This document shows, piece by piece, positions 16,658 to 26,311 of a DNA stretch of 64,000 nt (positions within the stretch are counted from its first letter, which is position 1; every line of letters starts with the position of its first letter). Both the position numbers and the translations under genes were made by a program. This DNA comes from Candidatus Solibacter sp. (GTDB taxonomy: Bacteria > Acidobacteriota > Terriglobia > Acidiferrales > UBA7541): positions 34,031 through 98,030 of the forward strand of contig DATJXZ010000022.1 in the NCBI GenBank assembly GCA_035499815.1. The letters run 5' to 3'. The notes below the pieces were generated by a model. It ran no database searches. It worked only from the letters and a program-made list of their open reading frames with translations, and had not been told where the DNA came from.

Positions 16658-17506
16658 TTATGCGGAATGCATGCCCCGGAATGTGTCGAGGCATTTCTTT
16701 GCGGTGTCCAACTCCGAGAAGCGGCTGCCTTCCTGTTCGATGAGGTAATACTCCACGCCGCCGGCGGCCTCTGCGGCCTCGAAGATGCTTTTCCAATTGG
16801 CGACGCCTTCGCCGAACAAAACCGTGTAGCCCTTTTCCGGGTCGGGCGACCAATCCTTCAAATGAAGAGAGCGAATGCGCCCTGGATTCGAGCGAATCCA
16901 TGCAGCGGGGTCGGAACCAGCTTCGATGCAGGTGCCAACGTCGAGCTGCAGCATGACGGATGGGTTTGTATTTTTCGCGAGGACTTCGATGGGGCGGACA
17001 CCTCCTTCAGGAGTGAATTCCGCCTGATGATTGTGATAGCCGGCTTTCAAGCCTGAGGGCTCGAGCCTTTCGGCGGCGAAGTTCAGCGAGGCGGCGACAG
17101 CTTTCCAGCCGTCCAGGCCCGGTTTCTCGTGCGAACTTGCCATCACGACGTACCTGCAGCCGAGGATGGAATTCAGGTCTCGGGCGCGGGAGATCTTGTC
17201 AGGCGCGAAATAAGAACTGTCGTTGTGAGTGGAATAGCAGTGGATGCCGAGATCATCCAGCAGCTTCCTCATTTCCTTGGTCTGACTCTCTGTCCAATCG
17301 AAATATGGAGCATAAAACTCGACGCATTGATAGCCAAGACCGGCAACAGAACGGACCGTGCCGATAAGGTTTTGTTTCAGTTCGTTGCGTACGGAGTAGA
17401 GTTCGAGGCCGACGGGAATCGAACCGGCGGCACCTGTCGAAAGAGCCCAAGGAAGCATCGCGGACATGGCCAGAAAAGAGCGTCGTGATAAAGCGTTTGG
17501 AGTCAT
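16658..17506 (-). CDS. Sugar phosphate isomerase/epimerase (xylose isomerase-like TIM barrel), Tat-exported
   Basis: Twin-arginine signal SRRSFLAMSAMLPWALS. The body has the motif spacing typical of this TIM-barrel family (GLELYSV, GYQCVEF, YHNH, HLKD, YLIEQE). Confidence 0.85.
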   Translation of the reverse strand: MTPNALSRRSFLAMSAMLPWALSTGAAGSIPVGLELYSVRNELKQNLIGTVRSVAGLGYQCVEFYAPYFDWTESQTKEMRKLLDDLGIHCYSTHNDSSYFAPDKISRARDLNSILGCRYVVMASSHEKPGLDGWKAVAASLNFAAERLEPSGLKAGYHNHQAEFTPEGGVRPIEVLAKNTNPSVMLQLDVGTCIEAGSDPAAWIRSNPGRIRSLHLKDWSPDPEKGYTVLFGEGVANWKSIFEAAEAAGGVEYYLIEQEGSRFSELDTAKKCLDTFRGMHSA

Positions 17507-17590
17507 CGCAGCATCGTACTTGAGAATCGCGGAAATGGCATCGATTGTGAATCAAAAAGAGGGGACATGAAGGCAGGCAAGCCCGCGCTA

Positions 17591-17628
17591 GCCCCCCCGG
17601 TTTTGGAAGTGCGGATTCTGAAGGACTT
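17591..17628 (+). repeat. Solitary copy of the intergenic repeat seen at 6325-6452
   Basis: GCCCCCCCGGTTTTGGAAGTGCGGATTCTGAAGGACTT. It has the same C-tract / T-run / GGAAGTGCGGATT core, with 2 mismatches over 24 nt to the unit at 6420. Confidence 0.8.
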
Positions 17629-18006
17629 GCACGAAAAGAGCGACCTGGATTGCAAAAGACGAAGGCGGCCGATGGGCCGCCAGGATCGAGCGTCAAAATC
17701 CAGTGACACAAATTTACGAGAGAAAATGTATCGGAGTTAGATAAGTTCGTGAATGAAGAAGATCGGCGGCCTGGGCTGTGGAGCTCGTTTGAGTTGTTAC
17801 GTTTTCTGCCGACGCGGGACCTCCAGGACGAGACACGCAGTTGCGCCTTACGACGCTCATAGAACATTTCGCATTTGCATGAGAATTGAGTTGAGACTAA
17901 AGAAAGTGGTGCGGTAAGCTGCGAAGCAGGCCGCGAGACATGCTTTGGCACGGTAGAGCGATGGATTTGGGGAGTGGGCTACTAAAACGCGAGGCTGGGA
18001 GGTAAA

Positions 18007-19275
18007 GTGAATCGTCGTTTTGCGACTGTACTGCTTGTAGTGCTGTGCTTCGCGGGCGGGGTGCTAGGGTACATTTTTCACTTGCGCCTGAAGGCTGACG
18101 ACGAGTTACAGCATCAGGCGAAACTTGGGAAAGAAGAAGCGGACTGGATACACGAGCACGTTGTTGTCCCCACAGAGAAACGATTGCTTGCCCGTGATAA
18201 TTTCGTCTCGGCGCTGGAAAAGTTCGGGATCAGCCCGCAAGACGCGACGAATGCTTCGGCTGCGGCGCAACACGCGTATAACCTGCGGCAAATTCGGGCG
18301 GGCAACACGATCACGGTGGGCCGTTCTGTCGAGGGAGAGCTGCGAGAGATCGACTACAAGATCGATCCGGACCGGATGTTGAAGATTGTGCCGGCGGAAA
18401 GCGGGTTCACGGCGGAAGTAAAAGAGATCCCGTCGAAGGTGGAAATCGTCGCGGTTTCCGGGGAGCTGGATGATTCACTTTTCAATGCCGTTGAACAGGC
18501 CGGCGAATCGCCGGAAATTGCCATGCGACTCGCGCAAATATTTGGATACGACCTGGATTTTTACACCGATCCGCGTAAGGGCGATACGTTTCGACTATTG
18601 CTGGAGAAAAAGAAGTACGCGAACGGGCAAACGGCGGGTTATGGACGGATTTTCGCCGCGGAATACGACAATGGCGGAAAAAAATATCAAGCGCTGCTGT
18701 TTCACGACGAATTCGGGCGAGCCGGGTATTACTCGGCCGATGGCAAATCGCTACAGAAGGCATTTCTGCGCTCGCCATTGAAATTTGGCGCGCCGATTAC
18801 GTCGCATTTCAGCCAAGCGCGTTTCCATCCGATACTGAAAATTGTTCGTCCGCACCTGGGAACGGATTATGGCGCTCCTGTCGGCACACCGGTGCAGACA
18901 ATCGGCAGCGGCCGGGTTCTGTTCGCGGGCCGAAAAGGCGGAGAAGGGAACATGGTGAGCATAGCCCATGCGAACGGCTACGAGACGATGTACTTGCACC
19001 TCTCGCGCATGTACGTGCGGACGGGCGAGCGCGTCGAAATCGGAAAGACGATCGGACTCGTGGGGAGCACGGGGCTTTCCACCGGACCGCATCTTGATTT
19101 TCGAATTCTGCGGAAAGGGCAGTACAAGAACTTTGAGAAGTTAGGTTTGCCGCCATCGGATCCGGTCTCGAAGAAGCATTTGCCGGAATTCGCCGCGGTG
19201 AGAGAGAAGTGGATGCCGCTTCTGAAAAGGCCTGAGCTGCTGCAAGCGGGCATTCCCGGGGCCGCTGGGCAGTAA
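18007..19275 (+). CDS. M23-family metallopeptidase (LytM/Csd3-like) with an N-terminal membrane anchor
   Basis: HLGTDYGAPVGTPV (HxxxD) and LVGSTGLSTGPHLDF (HxH region). N-terminal TM is VLLVVLCFAGGVLGYIF. GTG start with GGGAGG 5 nt upstream. Confidence 0.9.
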   Translation: MNRRFATVLLVVLCFAGGVLGYIFHLRLKADDELQHQAKLGKEEADWIHEHVVVPTEKRLLARDNFVSALEKFGISPQDATNASAAAQHAYNLRQIRAGNTITVGRSVEGELREIDYKIDPDRMLKIVPAESGFTAEVKEIPSKVEIVAVSGELDDSLFNAVEQAGESPEIAMRLAQIFGYDLDFYTDPRKGDTFRLLLEKKKYANGQTAGYGRIFAAEYDNGGKKYQALLFHDEFGRAGYYSADGKSLQKAFLRSPLKFGAPITSHFSQARFHPILKIVRPHLGTDYGAPVGTPVQTIGSGRVLFAGRKGGEGNMVSIAHANGYETMYLHLSRMYVRTGERVEIGKTIGLVGSTGLSTGPHLDFRILRKGQYKNFEKLGLPPSDPVSKKHLPEFAAVREKWMPLLKRPELLQAGIPGAAGQ

Positions 19276-19309
19276 AGACCCGCCAGTGCGTCTGATAAAC
19301 GCCCCAACT

Positions 19310-20677
19310 TCAATAGATGACAGGAAGTTTTGAGTAGTCGGCGGTTGCTTCGCCGGTGACGCGCAGGACGAGCAGAGTGCGGTCATCGTGGGGACTGGTG
19401 CCGGGACCGCTGTGATCATCCGTTGCAGAAATAATTTTTTCTGATAGTCCATTCGCCGAAAGGCCGGCCGCGGCGTCCGCGAGCAAGGCATGCAAACGCG
19501 CCGAGCCGAACTCTTCCTCCCTAGCATTTTCCGACTCCAGAATGCCGTCAGATGCGAAAAGAACTATATCGCCCGGTTCAAGATCGATCGTTGTTTCTTC
19601 GTACTCGTTGGAAGGGAAAAGGCCCAGTGGAACGCCCTCGATGCGAATCTCCTGCGCGGCGCCGCCGCGAACGAGCAAGGGATAAGGGCCGCCGGCATTG
19701 GCGAGAGTGAGGCGATGCTCCGCCGCGTCATAAACGGCGAATAGCATGGCGATAAAGCGCGAGTCGAGGCGCGCGCCGTGCATCCGATGATTGAGCATGC
19801 GGAGCATACTGGCGGGATTGCACATGCTGTTTACAACCAGCTCGCGCAGCGTACCGATGGCCAGCGAACCGTAGAGAGCGGCGGCGGTTCCTTTGCCAGA
19901 GACATCTCCCAAAGCCATGGCGAGTTTGCCCTGGCCGTAGGGGAGAAAGTCGTAAAAGTCGCCACCCAACTCCCGTGCGGGAACATACGCCGCAGCGAGA
20001 TCAAGGCCGGGGATACCCCTGGCACCATGGGGAAGCAGTTGGCGCTGGATTTCGCGGGCCGTGTTGAGGTCATCCTGGAGGCGAAACTGATTCTCGCGCG
20101 CTTCTTCGTAAAGCCGCGCATTTTCGAGGGCGACAGCAATGTACGAGCCCAGAGTCGCAAGCATGCGCTCGTTTTCCGCAGTGAAGGCGTGTGGCTCCGT
20201 GCTTTCCAGATCAAGGACGCCGATGAGACGGTCTTGCAAGAGGAGGGGAACGACGAGTTCGGAACGGGCGTCCACACCAGTCTCGCAGCGGATATAGCGT
20301 GCATCGCCGAGTACGTCGTTGACGCGGACGGAGCGGCGTTCGGCAGCAGCGGTACCCGTGAGGCCGTGGCGCAGCGGCAAGCGCAGGAACGTGGGGATGG
20401 AATTTTCATAGCGCAAGCAAAAGACACTTTCCAGGAGTTGAGCCGATTCGTTCCAAAGCATCAGGCCAAAGACGTCGTAGTTGACGATGCGCTTGACGCG
20501 CTGCGCGACGCGGCGTAGCAATTCCTCTCGGTCGAGAATAGAAGTCAGCTCGCGGCTTACGTCGTAGAGCAGAGTAAGCGTATTGGCTTGCTCAGGGAAG
20601 GCAGCCAAGAGGCTTTGCGGGACGGGGTCCGCGTCGCCAAGAACGGCATAAGAGGCAAGTTTGGAGAGATCTTCCAT
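19310..20677 (-). CDS. GAF domain plus PP2C/SpoIIE-type serine phosphatase (RsbU-like)
   Basis: The GAF-like N-terminal half reads ILDREELLRRVAQRVKRIVNYDVFGLML...VVPLLLQDRLIGVLDLES. SpoIIE motifs are AREIQRQLLP, GGDFYDF, GDVSGKG, ASDGI and DDRTLLVL. Confidence 0.9.
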   Translation of the reverse strand: MEDLSKLASYAVLGDADPVPQSLLAAFPEQANTLTLLYDVSRELTSILDREELLRRVAQRVKRIVNYDVFGLMLWNESAQLLESVFCLRYENSIPTFLRLPLRHGLTGTAAAERRSVRVNDVLGDARYIRCETGVDARSELVVPLLLQDRLIGVLDLESTEPHAFTAENERMLATLGSYIAVALENARLYEEARENQFRLQDDLNTAREIQRQLLPHGARGIPGLDLAAAYVPARELGGDFYDFLPYGQGKLAMALGDVSGKGTAAALYGSLAIGTLRELVVNSMCNPASMLRMLNHRMHGARLDSRFIAMLFAVYDAAEHRLTLANAGGPYPLLVRGGAAQEIRIEGVPLGLFPSNEYEETTIDLEPGDIVLFASDGILESENAREEEFGSARLHALLADAAAGLSANGLSEKIISATDDHSGPGTSPHDDRTLLVLRVTGEATADYSKLPVIY

Positions 20678-20851
20678 TTAGGTGCAGACCTAGTCGACTC
20701 CTCCGTTAGATGTAGCGTACCCGAATCGGTTTCAAAAGCACGAGCGGATTTTGCAGAACGAGAGCGATCTCGTGTTTACCTTCTGTCGCGGAACGCTTGA
20801 CGGAGATGGGTCTCGATTCTACGCTAGTTTAGGCGGAGAACTGGAGCTGTT

Positions 20852-21187
20852 ATGAGTGCCTTACAGGGGCAGGCCTTGGCTGCGCGTCCGTGCGCATACT
20901 GCGGGAAGCCGGTGCCCGCGCGAATGAACAGGTGTCCTTACTGCCGCGAGGAGGTTCCTGAAGTACGTCTATCGAAACGCTCGAGCGGGGATGGCGGGCG
21001 TGAGGTACGCCGCGGGTTGCTCTATATGCTTTTGGGCGGTGTGATCTATTATTTTTCCGGTGGTTACAGCGCGTTCCGCCTGCCGGTCGCGCTTACCCCT
21101 TGGGTGACGACATACCTGGCCCCGGTTGTGTTTCTGGGGGGCTTGGGGATGTCCCTCTATGGACTTTTTCTGAAAATGCGTTCCTGA
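20852..21187 (+). CDS. Small membrane protein with an N-terminal zinc ribbon
   Basis: CAYCGKPVPARMNRCPYC is followed by two hydrophobic segments (LLYMLLGGVIYYF, LAPVVFLGGLGMSLYGLFL). Confidence 0.6.
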   Translation: MSALQGQALAARPCAYCGKPVPARMNRCPYCREEVPEVRLSKRSSGDGGREVRRGLLYMLLGGVIYYFSGGYSAFRLPVALTPWVTTYLAPVVFLGGLGMSLYGLFLKMRS

Positions 21188-21237
21188 AGCTCCGAGAGCT
21201 TGTCGGCAAGAAACATTGGTTCGCGGGCAGACCTGGT

Positions 21238-21987
21238 CTAAAAAATCCGGTGGCCTCGAGTCCTCAAAAAGAACCAATAACCGCAGAGTTTGAAGAGTTC
21301 CAAGAGATCATTTCGCAAGGACCCGTGAGGGGCCTCCTGTGGAGACTCGGGAGACAGGTTCGGGGCAGGCACAAACGTCATTTCCAAATCAGGGCATAGA
21401 ATTGAATGGCAGCAAATGCGGATTCGGCGAAGATGAGTTGCATTGCTGACGACGAGAACGGAGCGGACTTGCAGTCGCGCAGAGAGCCATCGAGCGAGCG
21501 CATTAATCTCGGTCAGAGTGCCAAGCCGTCCTGGGCGCACGTACTCGACGCCCACAACATCCGCTTGAAAATCGACGAAATAGTGGCGCTTGGGCGGGGG
21601 GACTGCTTGCGCCATCTTTAGGAGATCAAGCGCAACCGGCAGAGGCATTTTGGAGAAACGCCGAATTTCGAAGCGGCCTACGCTCAATAAAACCCGTGGC
21701 GCTACCCCCTGGCGGAATAGCTCTAATGCGTATTCTTTGCGGTCCATTCCGCCGGCAAGGACAAAAATAAGATCACTGTTGCACGGGGAATCCGCCAGCG
21801 AGAGCCAAGCGCGGAGGCGGAGCCAGACCTGCCATGGTCGGATGCGAGTTTCCAAGACGCCTTCAAGATAACCTATTCCAAGATGGAAGTTGGGGACAGA
21901 AGAGTTCATCAGGAAATAGCGAGCTTGACGCCGAGCAACCTGTACGGAAGGACAGCGTGACCGATTGGGGGAGTACCACGTCTCCAA
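21238..21987 (-). CDS. DUF218 (YdcF/ElyC/SanA-like) domain protein
   Basis: DLIFVLAGGMDRKEYALELFRQGVAPRVLLSVG and LVVSNATHLRR are typical DUF218 blocks. The start is uncertain; an internal ATG giving MNSSVPN... is possible. Confidence 0.7.
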   Translation of the reverse strand: METWYSPNRSRCPSVQVARRQARYFLMNSSVPNFHLGIGYLEGVLETRIRPWQVWLRLRAWLSLADSPCNSDLIFVLAGGMDRKEYALELFRQGVAPRVLLSVGRFEIRRFSKMPLPVALDLLKMAQAVPPPKRHYFVDFQADVVGVEYVRPGRLGTLTEINALARWLSARLQVRSVLVVSNATHLRRIRICCHSILCPDLEMTFVPAPNLSPESPQEAPHGSLRNDLLELFKLCGYWFFLRTRGHRIF

Positions 21988-22080
21988 TCGCTCGCTACAG
22001 GCGGAACCGCGTGGCCTACTGTTGGCAGGGACCCCTCCGGGTCTCGCAAGTCAGGCCTGAAAAAAGTGATAGGAGGGCAG

Positions 22081-22617
22081 ATGAAAAGACTGGTTTTAGT
22101 TCTGGCGGTGGCTTTGCTGAGTGTTTCCTACGGGGCGAATGGTGCTGCAGCACAGGGGCCGCAGGGAGCGGGCGCAGGATCGGCATCCTCAGGGAGTTCG
22201 AGCTCGCATTCCCTGAATCCAATCAAGTGGGTGAAGAAGGAACCGAAGTCGGCGAGCGATCAGCTTGATGCAAAAGATGAACAAGACAAAAAGTTAACCT
22301 CCAATCTGCAAGCGCAAGGCGTGCTGGCGGCGAATACAGATGCCAAGAGCGCATGCGAGAATTTCAAGGCGCTGGATGAGTGCGTGGCTGCCCTCCACGC
22401 AAGCAAGACTCTTGGATTGGACTTCAACTGCCTAAAATCAAACTTAACCGGAGTTCAGACAAGCGCGGACATGTCTACTTGCAAGGGATCGGCAGGAGAC
22501 AAGGCGATGAGCTTGAGCAAAGCCATTCACGCGATGAAACCCGACGCCGACGCGAAGACAGAAGCTAAAAACGCTGAAAAACAGGCAAAGGACGATCTAA
22601 AAGCATCGAGAGCGTAG
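22081..22617 (+). CDS. Secreted hypothetical protein (Lys/Ala/Asp-rich, four Cys)
   Basis: Signal peptide MKRLVLVLAVALLSVSYGANGAAAQ. No family recognised. By eye it is more AT-rich than the surrounding genes. Confidence 0.65.
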   Translation: MKRLVLVLAVALLSVSYGANGAAAQGPQGAGAGSASSGSSSSHSLNPIKWVKKEPKSASDQLDAKDEQDKKLTSNLQAQGVLAANTDAKSACENFKALDECVAALHASKTLGLDFNCLKSNLTGVQTSADMSTCKGSAGDKAMSLSKAIHAMKPDADAKTEAKNAEKQAKDDLKASRA

Positions 22618-22672
22618 TTCAACCCCCAAGAGCAGACTGCGAATTTTCGAACCGAGCACAAAAGCAATAAAA

Positions 22673-22715
22673 GGGCGGGTCAGCCAGCAATTACGGCACC
22701 CGCCTTTTTTGTTTT
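22673..22715. terminator. Bidirectional intrinsic terminator between convergent genes
   Basis: The stem GGCGGGT (22674-22680) pairs with ACCCGCC (22698-22704). It is followed by TTTTTTGTTTT on the + strand and preceded by an A-rich run, which is a U-tract for the - strand dps transcript. Confidence 0.8.
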
Positions 22716-22739
22716 GCGCGTGGGAACGGAGTGGAGTAC

Positions 22740-23381
22740 CTAATCTCCGTTGGCGGCCGCCTTCGCCTGGTTCGCCCGAACCAGAGGGACTGCGACCAGA
22801 TGTTCAGCCAAAAACCATACCTGAAGCTCGTTTGTCCGGATCACATCGGAAACCAGCAGGTCGTTCGTGCCATCGTCACCGGCCTCGCTGGCCTGGCGGG
22901 CCATAGTGCGGGCTTCCTTAAGGATGGTTTCATGGGCTTCCAGAAGGCGTGAGATTTGCACTGGGGCTTCCTCACGGCCGCGGGGCGGCCGCGGGATCAA
23001 GGTTGTTTCAGCAACATCCGCCGCCATCGCCAGGCTTACTCCGCCAAGAACTTGAATCCTTTCGGCGATGTCATCGACGAGTTCGTCTTGTTCGCCATGA
23101 TGTTTGTCGAAGAGCAAATGCAACTGGTAAAAGGTGTGACCCGCGACCTGCCAATGATGCTTTTTGTACATATCGCGAAGCGTCATAGTGTCGGCGAGAA
23201 GCTGGTTGAGGTTTTCGGCGCTGGCGGCGCAGACTTCTTCGTCAAGAGCAATCGGCAGCTTGGCGATTTTGCCGTAGGGCTGGATTTCGGGGGCATGCTG
23301 GTGTTGAATCGGCTTAGACTGCTTCGTGCCATCTTCCAGCTGATTGTAGGAAGCGGCTTGTTTGTTGTTTTTCGGGCTCAT
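22740..23381 (-). CDS. dps: Dps-family DNA-protection / ferritin-like protein
   Basis: LNQLLADTMTLRDMYKKHHWQVAGHTFYQLHLLFDKHHGEQDELVDDIAERI is the ferroxidase-centre H...H...D...E pattern. I prefer ATG 23381, which has AGGAGA upstream. Confidence 0.9.
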   Translation of the reverse strand: MSPKNNKQAASYNQLEDGTKQSKPIQHQHAPEIQPYGKIAKLPIALDEEVCAASAENLNQLLADTMTLRDMYKKHHWQVAGHTFYQLHLLFDKHHGEQDELVDDIAERIQVLGGVSLAMAADVAETTLIPRPPRGREEAPVQISRLLEAHETILKEARTMARQASEAGDDGTNDLLVSDVIRTNELQVWFLAEHLVAVPLVRANQAKAAANGD

Positions 23382-23474
23382 GAATATCTCTCCTAAGGTA
23401 GGAATTCGCTGATTTCGCGGACCTAAATCATACCCCATTTGGATGCGGCGGTTGAGTTTAAGGGTGACATTAAA

Positions 23475-24203
23475 ATGAATAAGCCAGCCCGGCGTCTTGC
23501 GGAAGTTCTGGATCTGCTGGAAAGCAAGTACGGAGAGCAGACGCTCGCCGGGCCAAGCGACCCCTACGAGATGATTTTGTTCATCAATTGCGGGTATCCG
23601 GCAACGGATGAGTCTTGCGCCAAAGGATTCGAGCCACTACGCAGGGAGATAGGAACAAAGCCTGAAAAGATTCTCGCCGCACAAGAGGGGAAGCTTGCGA
23701 AGCTCACGCGAGCTGGCGGATTGATGCCCGAGTTGCGAGCCGAGCGATTGAAGAGCATCGCGCGAATTGTCAGCGGAGAATTCGGAGGCGATTTGAAGTG
23801 GGCGTTGGGCAAATTAATTCGCGAAGAGAAAGATGAGGCAGGGAAGGGCATTCGACGGGTCAAGAAGGCACTCAAGGAATTTCCGTGTATCGGCGAACCC
23901 GGCGCGGACAAAATCCTCCTTTTCGCAGGTTTGGCTCCGGTGGCGGCAGTGCCGTCGGCGTGCACAGGCGTGCCGCAGCGGATATTATTTGGCGCAGAGG
24001 ATGAGAACTATGCAGCCGGCTACCGAGCAGCCCAAGAGGCCATGATGGCGGAGCTACCAGAGACGTTTGAGGCGAGGCAAAGAGCGTACTTGCTTTTGAA
24101 GCGACACGGAAGAGAGATTTGCAAGAGGGCGAAGCCGAAGTGCGATATCTGCCCGATAAGCCTGAACTGTTTGTATTTCAAAGACAAGCACCTCCGAGGA
24201 TAG
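23475..24203 (+). CDS. Endonuclease III-like (HhH-GPD superfamily) protein with a C-terminal Fe-S cluster loop
   Basis: HhH-like segment LKEFPCIGEPGADKILLFAG. C-terminal CKRAKPKCDICPISLNC fits C-x6-C-x2-C-x5-C. I prefer ATG 23475. Confidence 0.7.
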   Translation: MNKPARRLAEVLDLLESKYGEQTLAGPSDPYEMILFINCGYPATDESCAKGFEPLRREIGTKPEKILAAQEGKLAKLTRAGGLMPELRAERLKSIARIVSGEFGGDLKWALGKLIREEKDEAGKGIRRVKKALKEFPCIGEPGADKILLFAGLAPVAAVPSACTGVPQRILFGAEDENYAAGYRAAQEAMMAELPETFEARQRAYLLLKRHGREICKRAKPKCDICPISLNCLYFKDKHLRG

Positions 24204-24396
24204 AGCTCTCCCCCTGTTTAGTCGCAAAGTTTGGTCTGGCGTCCCAGGGCATGCGCTACACGACGGTGATAGAACGCCCCGATCAGGACGCGAATAGCCC
24301 ATTTCAGCCGAAATTTCCGAAACTCTACCTGCGTACTTAGAGCCAATGAGACTCGCGAGCCGGCTGATCCGCGACGTGTGCGCAAGGAGGGTGTGC

Positions 24397-25197
24397 ATGC
24401 AGCAGAAAATGAATCGCAATTTAAGAGAGTTCGTTCAATGTCAAGGTTCCTTGGGGTTGCCTGCGATGATCGCCGCCGCAGCGGTCTTCGCTATGGGCGG
24501 GCTAACCTTGGGCTCAGGTGTGGCGGGCACACCTGGCCAGGATCTCGCTCAAAGCGCGGGGAGCGGCGACCGATTCGATATGTTGGTGCGGGTAGATTTC
24601 TTCTCCGGTTTTGCCGGGGACGCGGCGGCACTGGAACGTGGCATGAAGAAATGTGAGGAGGCACTTGCCAAGGATCCAAAAAACGCAGAGGCACTTGTTT
24701 GGCACGGCTCGGGCTTAAGTTACTCAGCCAAGAAAGAGTTCATGGCGGGCAACTACGAGAAGGGGCGGGAGATACAAGCGCGCGGGGTGGCGGAAATGAA
24801 CGAAGCTGTTGCGCTGCATCCAGACGACGTTGCGGTGCTGATTCCCCGAGCTTCCGTGTTCCTTTCGGCCGCTTTGCATGTTCCATTGCCGGAAGTGGCC
24901 AGAAAGGATTTCCGGATTGCGGCCGACGACTACGAGAAGGTGCTTCATTTGCAAGCGGCCTACTTTTCAGAACTGCCTATCCACGCGCGGGGAGAGCTTC
25001 TGGGAGGTTTGGCGGAAGCATGGAATGGTCTGGGAGCTGTGGAGAAGTCGCGAGGCTATCAAATGAGGATGGCTGAAGAGCTTAAAGACAGTCCCTACGC
25101 TCGCCGCGCTGAGGAAGTGCTGGCTTCTCCGTCGAAATCCGGACCGCTCGGCACAACTTGCCTGGGATGCCATGTGGGCAACGCAAGCCAGAAATAG
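24397..25197 (+). CDS. Secreted helical-repeat (TPR-like) protein with a C-terminal CXXCH motif
   Basis: The signal-like N-terminus (LPAMIAAAAVFAMGGLTLGSG) is followed by a helical repeat-like body. CLGCH lies at 25159-25173, 7 codons from the stop. AAGGAGG lies 6 nt upstream of ATG 24397. Confidence 0.65.
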   Translation: MQQKMNRNLREFVQCQGSLGLPAMIAAAAVFAMGGLTLGSGVAGTPGQDLAQSAGSGDRFDMLVRVDFFSGFAGDAAALERGMKKCEEALAKDPKNAEALVWHGSGLSYSAKKEFMAGNYEKGREIQARGVAEMNEAVALHPDDVAVLIPRASVFLSAALHVPLPEVARKDFRIAADDYEKVLHLQAAYFSELPIHARGELLGGLAEAWNGLGAVEKSRGYQMRMAEELKDSPYARRAEEVLASPSKSGPLGTTCLGCHVGNASQK

Positions 25198-25273
25198 ACG
25201 TGTGATCAGAGCCCAGGCAGATCCCACAACGAGTCCGACTTTCTCTCCCTAGTTGCAAGGAAGCTGTCGAGAG

Positions 25274-26310
<1,037 letters not shown>

Positions 26311-26311
<1 letters not shown>

